A stretch of DNA of 64,000 bases, taken from positions 5,370,436 through 5,434,435 of the forward strand of contig SMSO01000031.1 in the NCBI GenBank assembly GCA_004764695.1, in the 5' to 3' direction. Positions within the stretch are counted from its first letter, which is position 1, and every line of letters starts with the position of its first letter. This document shows, piece after piece, positions 35,068-46,519 of this stretch. The DNA comes from Schizochytrium sp. TIO01. Lineage: Eukaryota > Protista > Bigyra: Labyrinthulomycetes. A model generated the notes under the pieces. It saw only the letters and a list, made by a program, of their open reading frames with translations. It ran no database searches and was not told where the DNA came from. A program made the translations under genes and the position numbers.

Positions 35068-36288
35068 TTAGTTGGAGTCAAAACGCTCTACAAGGCCCTG
35101 GGAGTCAACCTTGACGACGGCACCATCCTTCTCAATGGACTCGAGGACGGAGTCAATACAAACTTGGGTGAGAAGAGCAACCCGCGGCCAGAAAGTAATA
35201 GGTTTGCCATCCTTGCATGCAAGAATCTGACGAGCAAAGTTCTCCACGGCAAGAGCCTCTTGGCGGCAAGGGCCAGTGGATTTAGTCTCCTTCTTAGATA
35301 CAGTCTCGGGGCCCTCCTCAGTCATCGTGGTGCCAGCCTCGGACTCCTCCTCCCACGTTGCTGCCTTGGGGGAACGTGTGTTGACAAAATCATCCATAGT
35401 AGCCATACCCTTGGCACCCGAGAGGAAGACAGACTGCTGGCGTGCCTGAAGGAACGAGCAGTAGAATGTAGTGGAGCGAGAAAGCTTGACTCCGCCAATA
35501 TCCTCCTCACCCTCTTCAGGTTCCCAGGTCAGAGTGGCAGAGAGCTCAATGGGCACACCTTCGTGAGTGTTCATGACAGTACCCTGGGCAGTAGCAGGCA
35601 TACGCCATCCAAAGGCAAAGAGTGCAATACGCAAGTTGTACCAGCCAAGATCACCGAGGGCACCAAGGGAGTCAAGGTCCTTGTTCATGCGAATATTGCT
35701 CTTGTAAAAGTCCTCATCAGAGCGAAAAGAGAAGGTGGAGCTCACGTGGGTAATTCCGTTGGGTCCAAAGAACTGGTCTTTGTGGGTGCGGTCGAGAAGC
35801 ATGCGGAGACGGTCATGGTGCATGAACATGACATTATCCATAAAGTGCACATTGTTCTCCTTGCAAGCTGCAAGCATTGTGTAGAGCTCCTCACCAGTGA
35901 TTGCACACGGTTTCTCACAAAGAATGTGCTTACCGGCCTTAGCGATCTTCTCAACCCACTCAGCGTGAAGAGAGGTCGGGAGTGGCACATACACAGCCTC
36001 GATATCCTTGTCATCAAGCAGCTCCTCGTAGGAAGCGTATGCCTTAGTCACGCCAGTTTCCTTGGCGAAGGCTTCGGCCTTTTCGAGACTACGAGAAGCA
36101 ACAGCATAGGCCTCCACATTGTCGATGGAGTGAACACCAGCAATGACCTTTTTGGCGATATTGGCAGTGCTCATGATACCGAGCTTGAGCGGATTGCTCT
36201 TGCTGTAGGCCTTGCTGCCAGCGTCCTGCTCAGACTTGAGCGCAGCTTCGTGCGCTGCCATAAGTGCATCCTGCTTATGCGAAGCCAT
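35068..36288 (-). CDS. Gfo/Idh/MocA family NAD(P)-dependent oxidoreductase
   Basis: LGIMSTANIA, VASRSLEKA, AVYVPLPTSLH, GKHILCEKP, FMDNVMFMHH, GALGDLGWY; strong codon bias; ATG at 36288. Confidence 0.93.
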   Translation of the reverse strand: MASHKQDALMAAHEAALKSEQDAGSKAYSKSNPLKLGIMSTANIAKKVIAGVHSIDNVEAYAVASRSLEKAEAFAKETGVTKAYASYEELLDDKDIEAVYVPLPTSLHAEWVEKIAKAGKHILCEKPCAITGEELYTMLAACKENNVHFMDNVMFMHHDRLRMLLDRTHKDQFFGPNGITHVSSTFSFRSDEDFYKSNIRMNKDLDSLGALGDLGWYNLRIALFAFGWRMPATAQGTVMNTHEGVPIELSATLTWEPEEGEEDIGGVKLSRSTTFYCSFLQARQQSVFLSGAKGMATMDDFVNTRSPKAATWEEESEAGTTMTEEGPETVSKKETKSTGPCRQEALAVENFARQILACKDGKPITFWPRVALLTQVCIDSVLESIEKDGAVVKVDSQGLVERFDSN

Positions 36289-38318
36289 TTTTTCTCTTGT
36301 CTTTGCTGCTTTCTGCAAGTATTTCACCGTCGGTACTTCAGGTTGCGTGGTGTTGAAGAACTTGGACTCTTCAAGGGCGTTTGGGGTTTGCTGTGATGTT
36401 TCTCGAGAGGTGAAGCTTTCGGAGCTTACATCTCATAACCCTTTTTACTAGCCGTCACTTTCACGTTTCTATTGTTTACAGTAGTAAGGACCCTTACCCG
36501 CGGAGTGTGTTTTAAATTTACTTTTTAAAAAAAAAGTATTAAAATTTGCTATTTCCTATTTAAAATTTAAAAAAAAAAAATCTTCTCACTCACGCTGCTT
36601 CCTCAAAGATGCTAAAAGGCTCTGACTAGATAGCCACTTGTATCGAGGACTTGAGGCCCTCGAAGATGAGACACTAGATATAAAGGTAGATATTAGTACC
36701 TATGTTGGCGCTTCTTGCATACTTAATTCTGTAATTAAAGCTTAATTCATTGGAACTGTGATGTTCTCGAGGCTCTTTGTCGCATTCTTTCTCTTCTTTT
36801 AGTTCCTCCCCCCAAATAAATACACAAGTACAATAGACTTCTTTCTTTCTTGGTGAAGATCAGATATTGTAAGTAAGCTTCCCGACTCACATGGACTAAT
36901 AAGATGTTATAGACTGAATCGAACAATCCACTGGAGTTTTGTCTCTGCTTCAACATCTACGATAGGTATATCTGGTACCTAGGTTGGCAGCAATCATAGG
37001 AGCTCAAATTTAACGAGTGCGTTGGGAAGCCTGAGAAGGCCGCCAGATTGATGGATGACAAATACAATTTTGTCTATGGATTCCTACCACCTTGGCGTAC
37101 GTGCAGTTGCTCGATCAATTTTTAATTCATTTTGTTTAATTAAAAAGGTCTTTTTTCTTCTTATGTTGTCCACCAAAAAATAAAAAGAAATTATAACAAA
37201 GCTCTGCTTCCTACATACGAACGCAGCGTTGGCGATCGAGAGCTTTGGAAACCTGAGACATTGCAGAGCTTTGAATGGAGGATTGGGGGCGCACTTCGAG
37301 TAGGAGATATCGTAGTCCTAAGTATTCCATCGCCGGCATTTTAGAATCCAATTCATTCACAAAGACGAAGGAATGTCCTTTTCCACCATACTTCACGGAC
37401 ACCTTTGGATAAATAAATTGCCGACTTGGAGGTGATCCACGGACCATTTTCGCTGCACTCATCTCCGCGGATCATCAGTATCCCTAAACGGGGCCCGTCT
37501 CGCGTTCCTGGATCCCTACCCGGCCAGGCTCACGATGATCATCGCGGACGGCTGCAGACGCTTGCGTGGTACAGGTTATATTTATTGCTTATAAAATGAA
37601 TTGGTGCGTTAATTTCATTCTTTGTTTATTTCATATCCCATCGAAGCCGAGATCTCGAGACTCGTGTCGCGGATGGACGGCCCCTCAAGGAGCTCGACCA
37701 TGCGGAGAAGCTCAATCTCTGAAATCCTCAGAAATCGGCGGCCTGTTGTAAATTGGCTCTCGTGGTTTCCCGCCTGAGTGGTTGCCACGTCAACGTCGAA
37801 GAGCACGGAGTGGCCAAGACCGACCTTGGACCTCAGGTAACATACGTACGCCACACAGGCCTGCTGGACCAAATTGAGCACGCACTCAGCACTGATCGCG
37901 ATGAGGACGAGGCTGCCAATGGAGCCCGCTTCTGCTGCACATCCGTCTCTCGGGGTCCCAAGCTCATCTCGAGCTGAGGCTGCCAAAACCTCAAGTTGTT
38001 GCGTACGACTTTTGACGGCTGGGTATCTAGTTTTCAGGGCGGTCTTGGCTGCCGTACTCTAGCTAGAGCGAGAACGGTGAATCTCAGACGCTCGAGCCTC
38101 AATGGCGATTCTTCATCTCGCTTCGAGGCAGGATGGCGGGCTTGAGACGCATCGATTTGGACGCCATTGGCGCTTGCCTCTCGCTCAGACCGAGAATTGG
38201 CCATACTCAGGACGACGATAAATGAAGATCAGATCAGACGAGGCCGAAGCTCCACACCGTTGCGAGAAGGCCAACGTTGACTCGTAGGCCGACTCAGAGG
38301 AGCGAACTCGCACATGGT

Positions 38319-38367
38319 TGGCTTGCTTGCTTGCTTGCTTGCTTGCGTGCCTGCGTGCGTGCGTGCT
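38319..38367. repeat. Compound (GCTT)n-(GCGT)n microsatellite
   Basis: gcttgcttgcttgcttgcttgcttgcgtgcctgcgtgcgtgcgtgc. Confidence 0.8.
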
Positions 38368-39343
38368 TCCTGTCAAATAAGTCGCTGGGCTGGTCGGAGG
38401 AATCGGAATCACAGAATCACAGAAGAGATTGATGAAAAAGATATTGCGACTCTACGTATCGATCTCAGGATCCGACAAAGACCATGCTGAGAACGTACCG
38501 CGGTCCATATTATTGGATCTGACTCTCAAGATTTAAAGACTGGACTTAAAATTGTAGGTATGACGGATGATCGTTTCTATCTTTCAGTTGTGCTGCAAAG
38601 CCAGTGGGGATCCAAGTGAGGCACTAGGGCGGAGACTATTTTGCTTCATAGAAGTAAAATGCTCTTTGATTAAGGGGAAAAGTTTCTTATTAGGGTTTCT
38701 CGTACCATTCCCTACTGCTGGTTAGTGACTACCTAACAATAGCGATCCATCTGAAATCAGGATCTTGAACGAACGCCAGGCTTCAAGATTTCATAGCAAG
38801 ACAAGTGAAACGGCGTGTGAGACACCGTGCCCAAATACTCTCCAGAAAGAACGAAGCAGCGAGCTAGCAAGAAACGCGTTTGTTGCAGAGGGTCTTGTCA
38901 TGATGTATCACTTTAGGATTCTTATGAAAATGAAAAGGAGAGACTAAAACAGAAACAAGCGTGGGTAACTCGAAGCCTGGTATTGATCTTGTTCTACGGC
39001 CCCAGGATGACTACCAACTTGAACGACTACACACACGATACTTGCATAGAAAACTGGCAATATGGGTGGCCAGCGTCCTGAACATCTAGCTTTAAGTTAC
39101 GCGCTGAGTAAGGTTAGCGGGCTTCAACTTTTTAGTCGTGACAAAGTTCAAGTTCGCCGAAATGTTGGAGTGTGGAAGATTCTAAATAATTATCCCTGTC
39201 AATCTCCGAGATACAGCCCCATTGCGAGGAATTTAGGAACCTGATCGTCTAAATAGGACATGCCCAAATGTATTCCTTCATTTCGCCGTGCCACAAGTTG
39301 TTTGCTGTCTGTTTCATGTTGAGGGATTACAAAAACCCGGTGC

Positions 39344-40918
39344 TCATGAAGACGGTGCAGCGTGTATTGATCTAGAAGAGGCCCGAAATCTATTTCGTTC
39401 GGATCGTTTGTTGGGAGGCGGATGGGGGTTCTGTTTGACCGACCGGGCAGAAACGCCAACGCAATGGCCAGATGAAGATGGCTGGGGTCGCCCATGGGAC
39501 CAGATCCGACGTGCCTCACGCAAGGCGTGCTGTTTTATTGCAAGATCCGAACGACCAGTTGAAGGTTGAAGACTAGGGTGTAGCCTGGCACGACCCTTAT
39601 GGTTACGAGAACAAATTAGTTGCTCTTGGTTTCGGTCGTGACGGGAACACTGTGTTTCACTTAATATCAAGGCCTGCGAAGTCGAGGCGGTGGTTTCGTC
39701 GTGGGCTTTTGTCGGCGCATTGAGCAAAGCATTTCGGGCATCCTGCGCACGCCGGATCTCCAGAACTCTCGCGTGCCGTTTCCGCATCGCTTCCTGCTCA
39801 TATCGTCGCAGTGCTTGGTCGTCTTGCAGAGAACTCGGTAGTACTGGTACCTGAAAAAGGGTATAGAACTTGGCATACCGGGCTTGGTCACTTTGCGTTG
39901 TGGAAACACCGATTAAGCTAGGATCTGCACCTCCAATATCGTCTATAAGCTGTGAATAAAGGTAGATAGGTATGAGTCAATCATTTCAGTCGACACCCAT
40001 ATTGAACGTATTCATCCAGTTCATTTCCATGTGGATAAACATATCATTTAGCAATTCATATTCATAGGATATATGGTCAGCCAAATATTCGTGAATGAAT
40101 GTCTTCTTCCTCCAAGAGAGAAGTCAAATGCATATAAACAGAAAGAAGGGACCCGTTGGCTGTGCGGGGCTCAGGAACAGGCAAGAAAGAGACAAGACAC
40201 AAAATAACTTACTTTTTGTCTCCTGAAATTTGTTGCAAAGAGAAAGAAGGCCAAATCCCACTTGGCAGCTTCAACTTCATCATTAAGCTGAAAGAATTCC
40301 TGATCCACAATGTCAGAAGTCATCACACTAACAAATTCTCCAAAGTCAATGCTTTCAGATCCATCCACATCCATATAGCGAAATTGTTCGAGAATTGCTT
40401 CTGTGGATTGCTTCTTCCGTGATGTATCAGATGATCCATCATCTGGATGCAAGAACTTCATCGCCAACTCTAGCTCAGCAAGCTCGATCGTACCCGAGCT
40501 GTACATCCCCAGAAGAATACATCAATTTTTACAAGAAGAAAATGTTAGTCAAACAGAGCGAGGAAGACTCAGCAGTTTCGTCTATAGAGTGTAAACAATG
40601 TCTGCATCGGAGATACCAGCTCAATGCCTATCCAAGCAACGATCTAGCATCAGTGTAATCAGGAAATCCCAACTTACTTATCTTCATCTAGGTGATCAAA
40701 CATTTCTCGAAGCTGTTGCAGACGTTCCTCATCCAGCTTTTGTCGTGATACGAGGCGCTGCTTGTGATGTTTTTCAAGCCATCGCACAGTTTCATAATTG
40801 TAAACTGTCTTGATACGTGCCCCTGAGGCTTGCGGTGGTTTTCGGTTCTCCGCTTGCGCGGAAGTTTGCAATCGAGGACCTGCGACTGACGGCATCAAGG
40901 ACTCGAACGTGTCAAGCC
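39344..40918 (-). CDS. Three-exon EF-hand calcium-binding protein
   Basis: Exons ~40918..40678, 40498..40213 and 39949..39344 with GTAAG donors and AG acceptors. Splicing rebuilds LREMFDHLDEDNSGTIELAEL; second EF hand FRYMDVDGSESIDFGEFV. Phases are consistent. The 5' end is uncertain (ATG 40895 or an upstream exon). Confidence 0.8.
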
Positions 40919-41295
40919 TAGTGGCTCTTGTATCACAGTTAGTTCACCCTGCCATGAAGACTGAGCCAAACCTTATGCACGAGCGTAACCTCGTCGATTG
41001 CATATAATCTTTTTGAACGAATGTCATTATAGTGCGCTTGTGTATACTAGTCACTTTTTTATGTTTCTTCGAATAAAAGTATGGAACGGATCTTTTAGCA
41101 AGAGTCATGAACGACCATGCATGCAAAGTGGTTGAGTTTTGAAGAGAGACAAATAAAAGCATCAAAGAATATTGACTTGCGAAATATTCATTGATAGCGA
41201 TTGACCAGGGGAGGCCAATGTTATGATTCTAAGTATCTATCTTATTTTTAACACTGAGAAGGGGAAGGGCAAGAAAGAAAGGAAAAAAGTAGAAT

Positions 41296-43119
41296 TTATT
41301 TACTCACGGCAATGGCTTTGATTGTAAGCTTACCTGTTTTTTTGGAAAGCTTCGCTCGGGCTGAATCGCGGTCGATAGATACGGGAAGCTTGATAGGTGT
41401 GTCAGCAAAACTCTTCTTATTCAGACAAACCAGTCGAACCTTTGTGTCTGAAATCTCAACATCAATTTCAGCAAGGCTACAACCACGGCCAACTTCCACA
41501 ATGACTTTAAGTTCACCATTTGCGGTGTTATAATCAACCCGAAAGGGCGCCTGAGCAATAGGAGGAGGATTGGAGATGGTTTCTACGGATGGGTTCTGGG
41601 ATGATGCTTTGGCAGATGATCCTTTTTCATTTTCGGTAAGCTTTTCTCTGGAGAATGTGGACGATTCCTTCTCTTGAAAGGTGCTAAAGTCATCACCAAT
41701 ACCCAAGGCGCTCATGGTTTTGCTAAGATCTTTGAAGATGTCTGTAAAGCCATTACTGACCTCTCGCTCGTCAATATTTCTTTTTGCAAATTCGGAATCT
41801 ACGGACTCAGCAAGTTTTTCAAAGGCATCCTTTTCTGGTTGAGAAAGACCTTGGAACGCTTGTTCAAACATCTTGAGACTTGCATCATGCATTTTATCAG
41901 CCGGCAAGGCAGTTTGAGAAGCACCCAACTGGGATGGCTCCATCTTTTGCGATGGCTGAGGAGGAACACCACCACCATGCTGCTGCATAACTTGGTGTAC
42001 TTCTTCTGGAGACATTTTGTTTAAGTCCACAATCTTCGCGCGCTGATACAAAGATGTAGGAATACCTTCTTTAGAGCCTTCCTCTCCGTAGAGTGCACCA
42101 TTCGTATTTTGCAAGAACCCTTTTTTAACTGCCGAAGAAGCTTTAGCTGCGCTCGCTTTCTGAGCTTTTGGTTTGACTTCTTGGACAAGTGGTTTTTTCT
42201 TTGTCGATGCGTCTTGCTTTGGTAAAGCGTGTGATGGGGGGTTCCCAGGCATAACGACCATTGGGGTATTATTTCTTGGTGAAGACGATGCAATGTCAGT
42301 CGATATTTTGATGTGGTCTTGCTCTGCTTCAGAGGAGATAGATTCCTCCCTGAGAGCACCAAGCAGATTCTCAGGCTGCGCCATGACATCATCAGGAATT
42401 TTTCGATTCTTATCAGATGACTCGTTCTGCTTTCTCTTATCGTCTTCTGAGTGATCAACTTCAAAAAATGCAGTAAGACCCATAGCATCGGTATCATAAT
42501 AATTTTTGGGAAGTTGGGAATATTTGCGACTAAGTTTACCTCGAGCTTCAGATTCACACCAGGTAAGTGCTAGCTCAATTATCTGCGCTTGAAAACTACT
42601 GAATTCCCCAGCCTGGGCTACGACCCACGGGTGAAAGACTGCATCAAGCACGATAACTTCTTCTCCTGAGTCTTCATCAATCGCGTCCCTCAAAGGACTC
42701 ACTGCAAGCGGAATGTTGAGTCCTGAGAGGTTGGGACGCGCAGAAGACTTAATCTGGACAGGTTTGCCAGAGGCATCTTGGGGTACTTCCACTCCTGCAA
42801 ATGAGCAAAGGTTAATAATTACAGGCTTTCCATTACCTTGAAGGTATGATGTGCGTATTGCAAGACCCTTTTCAGGTCGAAATCCTCGACGTCGATTGGC
42901 AGCGTCATCATGTTTCGCCTCCTGCATTTGATTATTGATGAAATTTTGGTATTCTTCTGGATCCTTTTCTGCCATATCGTTAAGCTTATTCCAAAGGTCC
43001 TCCGCCTCCCTACCAGGCAAATTTGTTGAGTCCATGCCAAGTTGTCGAAGAGCTGCCTTGAAGCTCATTTTGCCTCCTGAGCGACCAGCGGCACTCTTGA
43101 GAGACTTTGCAGCGTTCAT
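41296..43119 (-). CDS. PIH1 + CS domain co-chaperone, PIH1D2-like (dynein assembly/R2TP family)
   Basis: LWNKLNDMAEKDPEEYQNFINNQMQE, PEKGLAIRT, INLCS, IPLAVSPLR, VLDAVFHP (PIH1); C-terminal EIDVEISDTKV...IKLPVSIDRDSARAKLSKKTGKLTI (CS). Confidence 0.82.
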   Translation of the reverse strand: MNAAKSLKSAAGRSGGKMSFKAALRQLGMDSTNLPGREAEDLWNKLNDMAEKDPEEYQNFINNQMQEAKHDDAANRRRGFRPEKGLAIRTSYLQGNGKPVIINLCSFAGVEVPQDASGKPVQIKSSARPNLSGLNIPLAVSPLRDAIDEDSGEEVIVLDAVFHPWVVAQAGEFSSFQAQIIELALTWCESEARGKLSRKYSQLPKNYYDTDAMGLTAFFEVDHSEDDKRKQNESSDKNRKIPDDVMAQPENLLGALREESISSEAEQDHIKISTDIASSSPRNNTPMVVMPGNPPSHALPKQDASTKKKPLVQEVKPKAQKASAAKASSAVKKGFLQNTNGALYGEEGSKEGIPTSLYQRAKIVDLNKMSPEEVHQVMQQHGGGVPPQPSQKMEPSQLGASQTALPADKMHDASLKMFEQAFQGLSQPEKDAFEKLAESVDSEFAKRNIDEREVSNGFTDIFKDLSKTMSALGIGDDFSTFQEKESSTFSREKLTENEKGSSAKASSQNPSVETISNPPPIAQAPFRVDYNTANGELKVIVEVGRGCSLAEIDVEISDTKVRLVCLNKKSFADTPIKLPVSIDRDSARAKLSKKTGKLTIKAIAVSK

Positions 43120-44188
43120 TTTCTTGTAGTTCTTTTCTTAAAACAGTCACACTGGTCCCTTCGAGAAGAAAAGGTTAGTTGACTGATGTATGAGGTTTCC
43201 TTCGTCTGCTTCACCTTCTCCGTTAGGCTTTGCAAAGCCTGCGAGCCCTGTTTGTACTTGCTGCGTTCTGGCACTTGTCATAGTTCAACGGCTGTCTCCA
43301 TGCTACTAACCCAAATCGACGGCAAACCCAATAAGTAAGGCTACTAGTGGGCTAGAGTGGGCCAAGCTAGGTTAGGTTAGACTAGGTTAGGTTAGATTGA
43401 TGCGTCAAGTGATTTTGACTTCCCTTCTTTTTCTTTGTTTTGTACTGCTGACCAGTGCAGGATGGCAAGACCAGTAGATGCACAACAGTTGAAATGTTCA
43501 TATCATGCTCAACTGTAGACATGTAGTTCGCACTACCTAGACTAGAGTTAGTTGCTGAGATAGTTATAATAAAACTTGAGTAGATGAGCAGATATTTTTT
43601 CTAAAAGCTGTAATTATATGCGAGCTAAACCTTGAAAGAGAGGCTTTCTTTTTAATTGAATGAAATAATTGAATGAAATAATTGAATTAAAAAAAGGTAC
43701 CGTGACTTTTCAAGACTAAGAATGATCATCAAGATAGTAGAGGATAGAAATAATAAACAGAGAAATAAAGACTTTGATGGATTCATCATTCATTTCTAGT
43801 AATCGTAGTAAAGCAATATTGACGCAGCTTCTTTCCTGATCCTTATCAAGACCGCTCGCGGGTCTCAGAAACCCTCTCTGAGGCGACGTCAGCGCTCGAC
43901 TGAGACTACAGAGAGGTCGATCAAAACAGGTACAACCTGGAGCCTCGCGGTGACTTGAAGCATAGGTGTGGCGATCACTTTGTGCGGAAGGAAGGACAAC
44001 CTCTTCTTTTGCGTTTCGATCTTCATCCTCTTTCTTGGTGTCGTCTTTTGTGCAAAGCATAGTTTCATTGCCCTCGTATCAGGCAACTGTGCTGTTCACG
44101 TGTTTGTTCGTCATCTAAAAAGAAACAATACGGAAAGCAGATTTATTCGTCGCCCTTGCAAGGTTGATATTTGTTCCTGAGGCAGAGA

Positions 44189-46025
44189 ATGGGGGGAGAG
44201 TCCACAGTGCCCAACAACGATCCCGCAAACGCTGCCGAAGGTTCGACGACAACTCGTCAAATTGCGAAGCAGCAATCCGAAGAATCACAGGGCCAGCAAC
44301 AGCAACAACTGCAGCAAGAGCAAATCAGCCCAGGGACATCAACAGCTGTGCCACCTCAGATGTCTACGCCACCACCAGGCCAAGAGATGGCTTCGATGCA
44401 GTACCAGCAGGATGGCAACACATTCGATGACACTCAAAGCGTGAATGGAGCTACCGAAAAACCAGAGCCCGTTCGCAAGGGCCGTTTCTTGGTAACAAAG
44501 GATGACGATGATGAGTCAGACAATACTCCTGGCACAAGTACTGGTGCTGGTGGCGGCAGCATGCTCGAGGTGACAGGCCCTTACGTGGAGTACACTGCCT
44601 CAGGTAGTGGTGCACCAGCTCAGGAGCAGAAAAGTGTCAGCAAAGATGTCAGACACCGTGGGCGTTTTGTAGTAGTCACAGAGGAGGATAACGATGATGA
44701 TGATGTTTCCGAAGATGCTTCAACAACATCAGAGCCTCGTTATTCCATGGCAAGTTGGCCACCCGAGCCGCCTCGCGGGTCTTCTTCTTCCTACGCATCG
44801 ATGGTGGCCCCACACTCTCATTCTCAGATCCTTGGCTCTATGTCCCATCATCCGCATGTGCAGCAGATGCCCCCAAGTCCCGCCTTACCACCGTGCTCCT
44901 ATGCCTTATTATGTTCCAACACCTGTGAATCCTGTGGGCGCTCATGAGATGGGAGGGTATATTCCGACGCCGGAACCAATGCCTTTAACACCAAGCATTC
45001 CGCCCCACATGGATGGCCTTATGGCAGTGCCCACACCACCTCCGATTATTCCGCCTCCCGCTGGACCTGGCGCTCAAGGCGTCTCAATGCCGTCACCGGA
45101 GCTAGGGAGCATGGCCATGGGCATGGCCATGGGCATGAGTGGGGGACCAACAGTACCACCTCCTGGCTGGCCCGCTGGGTCGCCTCATGTGTCGGGAGTT
45201 GGTGCCGCAGCAGCTAATAGACGTGCAAACAACAATGGTCCCAACGCCACGGGTCCCAAGAGGGCCACACAGACAACGATCATGTACGAACTGCAAAAGA
45301 TATCTGCACAGAATAGGAAGCTGCACAAGATGCTTTTGGAAATGTCACAAAATGGAGGCCAACTTTCGGCGGAAACCGTGGCAGGTTCTGTAAGTGTGGG
45401 TGGTAGCTCTGCAGCAGGGGCAACAGCAGCACGTGAAGGCAGTGCTATGGAGCCTCGGAGATCTGTGCCCGACAGTAAGGCTCTCATGAGCACTACATCA
45501 GCACCATTGTCTGGTCAGCCGGGCACAAGCTCTGCGTCGGTGGGTGCTAACCATATGCCAACACACGCTAACAATGTGTCAGGCACTGGATCTGCTCCTG
45601 GAGGCTCGGTTCAGAGTATAGCAAGCCAGCCCAACAAGCCTCAAATGGCTGCAAGCGCAAGTACATCTCGACTTCAAGAGCTGGTTACCGAGCTCAATTC
45701 GAATACCAACAATCTTGTGACGGAGTATGACGCCCTCAAAATGAAAAATTTCGTCTTGACGCGTCAGCTTAAGGAAACAAAGCAGCAGCTTAAGGAATCG
45801 AAGTTGACAATTGAGAACCTCAAGGAGCAACTGGCGAAAACGACTGTGTTTAATCAGGGCACAGCTGGAGCTGGAGGTCCTCGCCGCCCAAGTAACTTAG
45901 AGTTTTCATCAACTGGTGAGCAGGCACAAGGAGATAACAAGGCGACTCCTGGAACAAACGCGAATGCTACTCTTGCTTCGTTCGCAACAGGCACCTCTGG
46001 TATCCAGCAGCAACCGCCAGTAACT

Positions 46026-46064
<39 letters not shown>

Positions 46065-46352
46065 CAACCGCCAGTATCTCAGCAGCAGCAGCAGCAGCAG
46101 CCGCCGCAGCAGCAGCAACAAACATCACAACAGCAAGCTGGACAAGCTCAGAAGATGGATGCCAAATCAACAGCCCAGCAGCAGCAACAGCAGCAGCAGC
46201 AGCAAGCCTCGTCCGCCCAGCAAACCTCTCAGTCGCAGATCTTAAGCAGTTCGCAGACCCAACCCTCGCAGTCTTTAGGACAGCAGCAGCAGCAGCAGCA
46301 GCAACAACAACAACAGCCAGGAAATTCCGCTGCCCCCCAACAAGCTCAATAA
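44189..46352 (+). CDS. RFxV-motif, Pro/Gln-rich, leucine-zipper protein; one apparent +1 frameshift at C5 run 44870-44874
   Basis: Overlapping ORFs 44171..44947 and 44694..46352 join as QQMPQVPPYHRAPMPYY if one C is removed. Contains KGRFLV and RGRFVV motifs, a heptad segment LVTEYDALKMKNFVLTRQLKETKQQL and a polyQ tail. Confidence 0.7.
46026..46315 (+). repeat. (CAG/CAA)n polyglutamine tracts
   Basis: Several CAG/CAA runs within the coding frame. Confidence 0.9.
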
Positions 46353-46519
46353 CACCATTAATGGGAAGCAAGAAGCAGACGTACAGATGAATTTCAATCA
46401 AAAGAACAAATGATCAGGCGAAGAAAAGTATACAATGTTGTGAGACACCAAAACAAACAAGACAGCTATTGAAAAAACAAAGGAAATACATCAAAAACAA
46501 TAAGGGAGGAGCGAACTAA

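Noticed and set aside
35164-36396. 410-aa antisense ORF over the oxidoreductase
   Set aside because: Codon-aligned shadow frame explained by avoidance of TTA/CTA/TCA codons in a highly biased gene; no ATG start or motifs.
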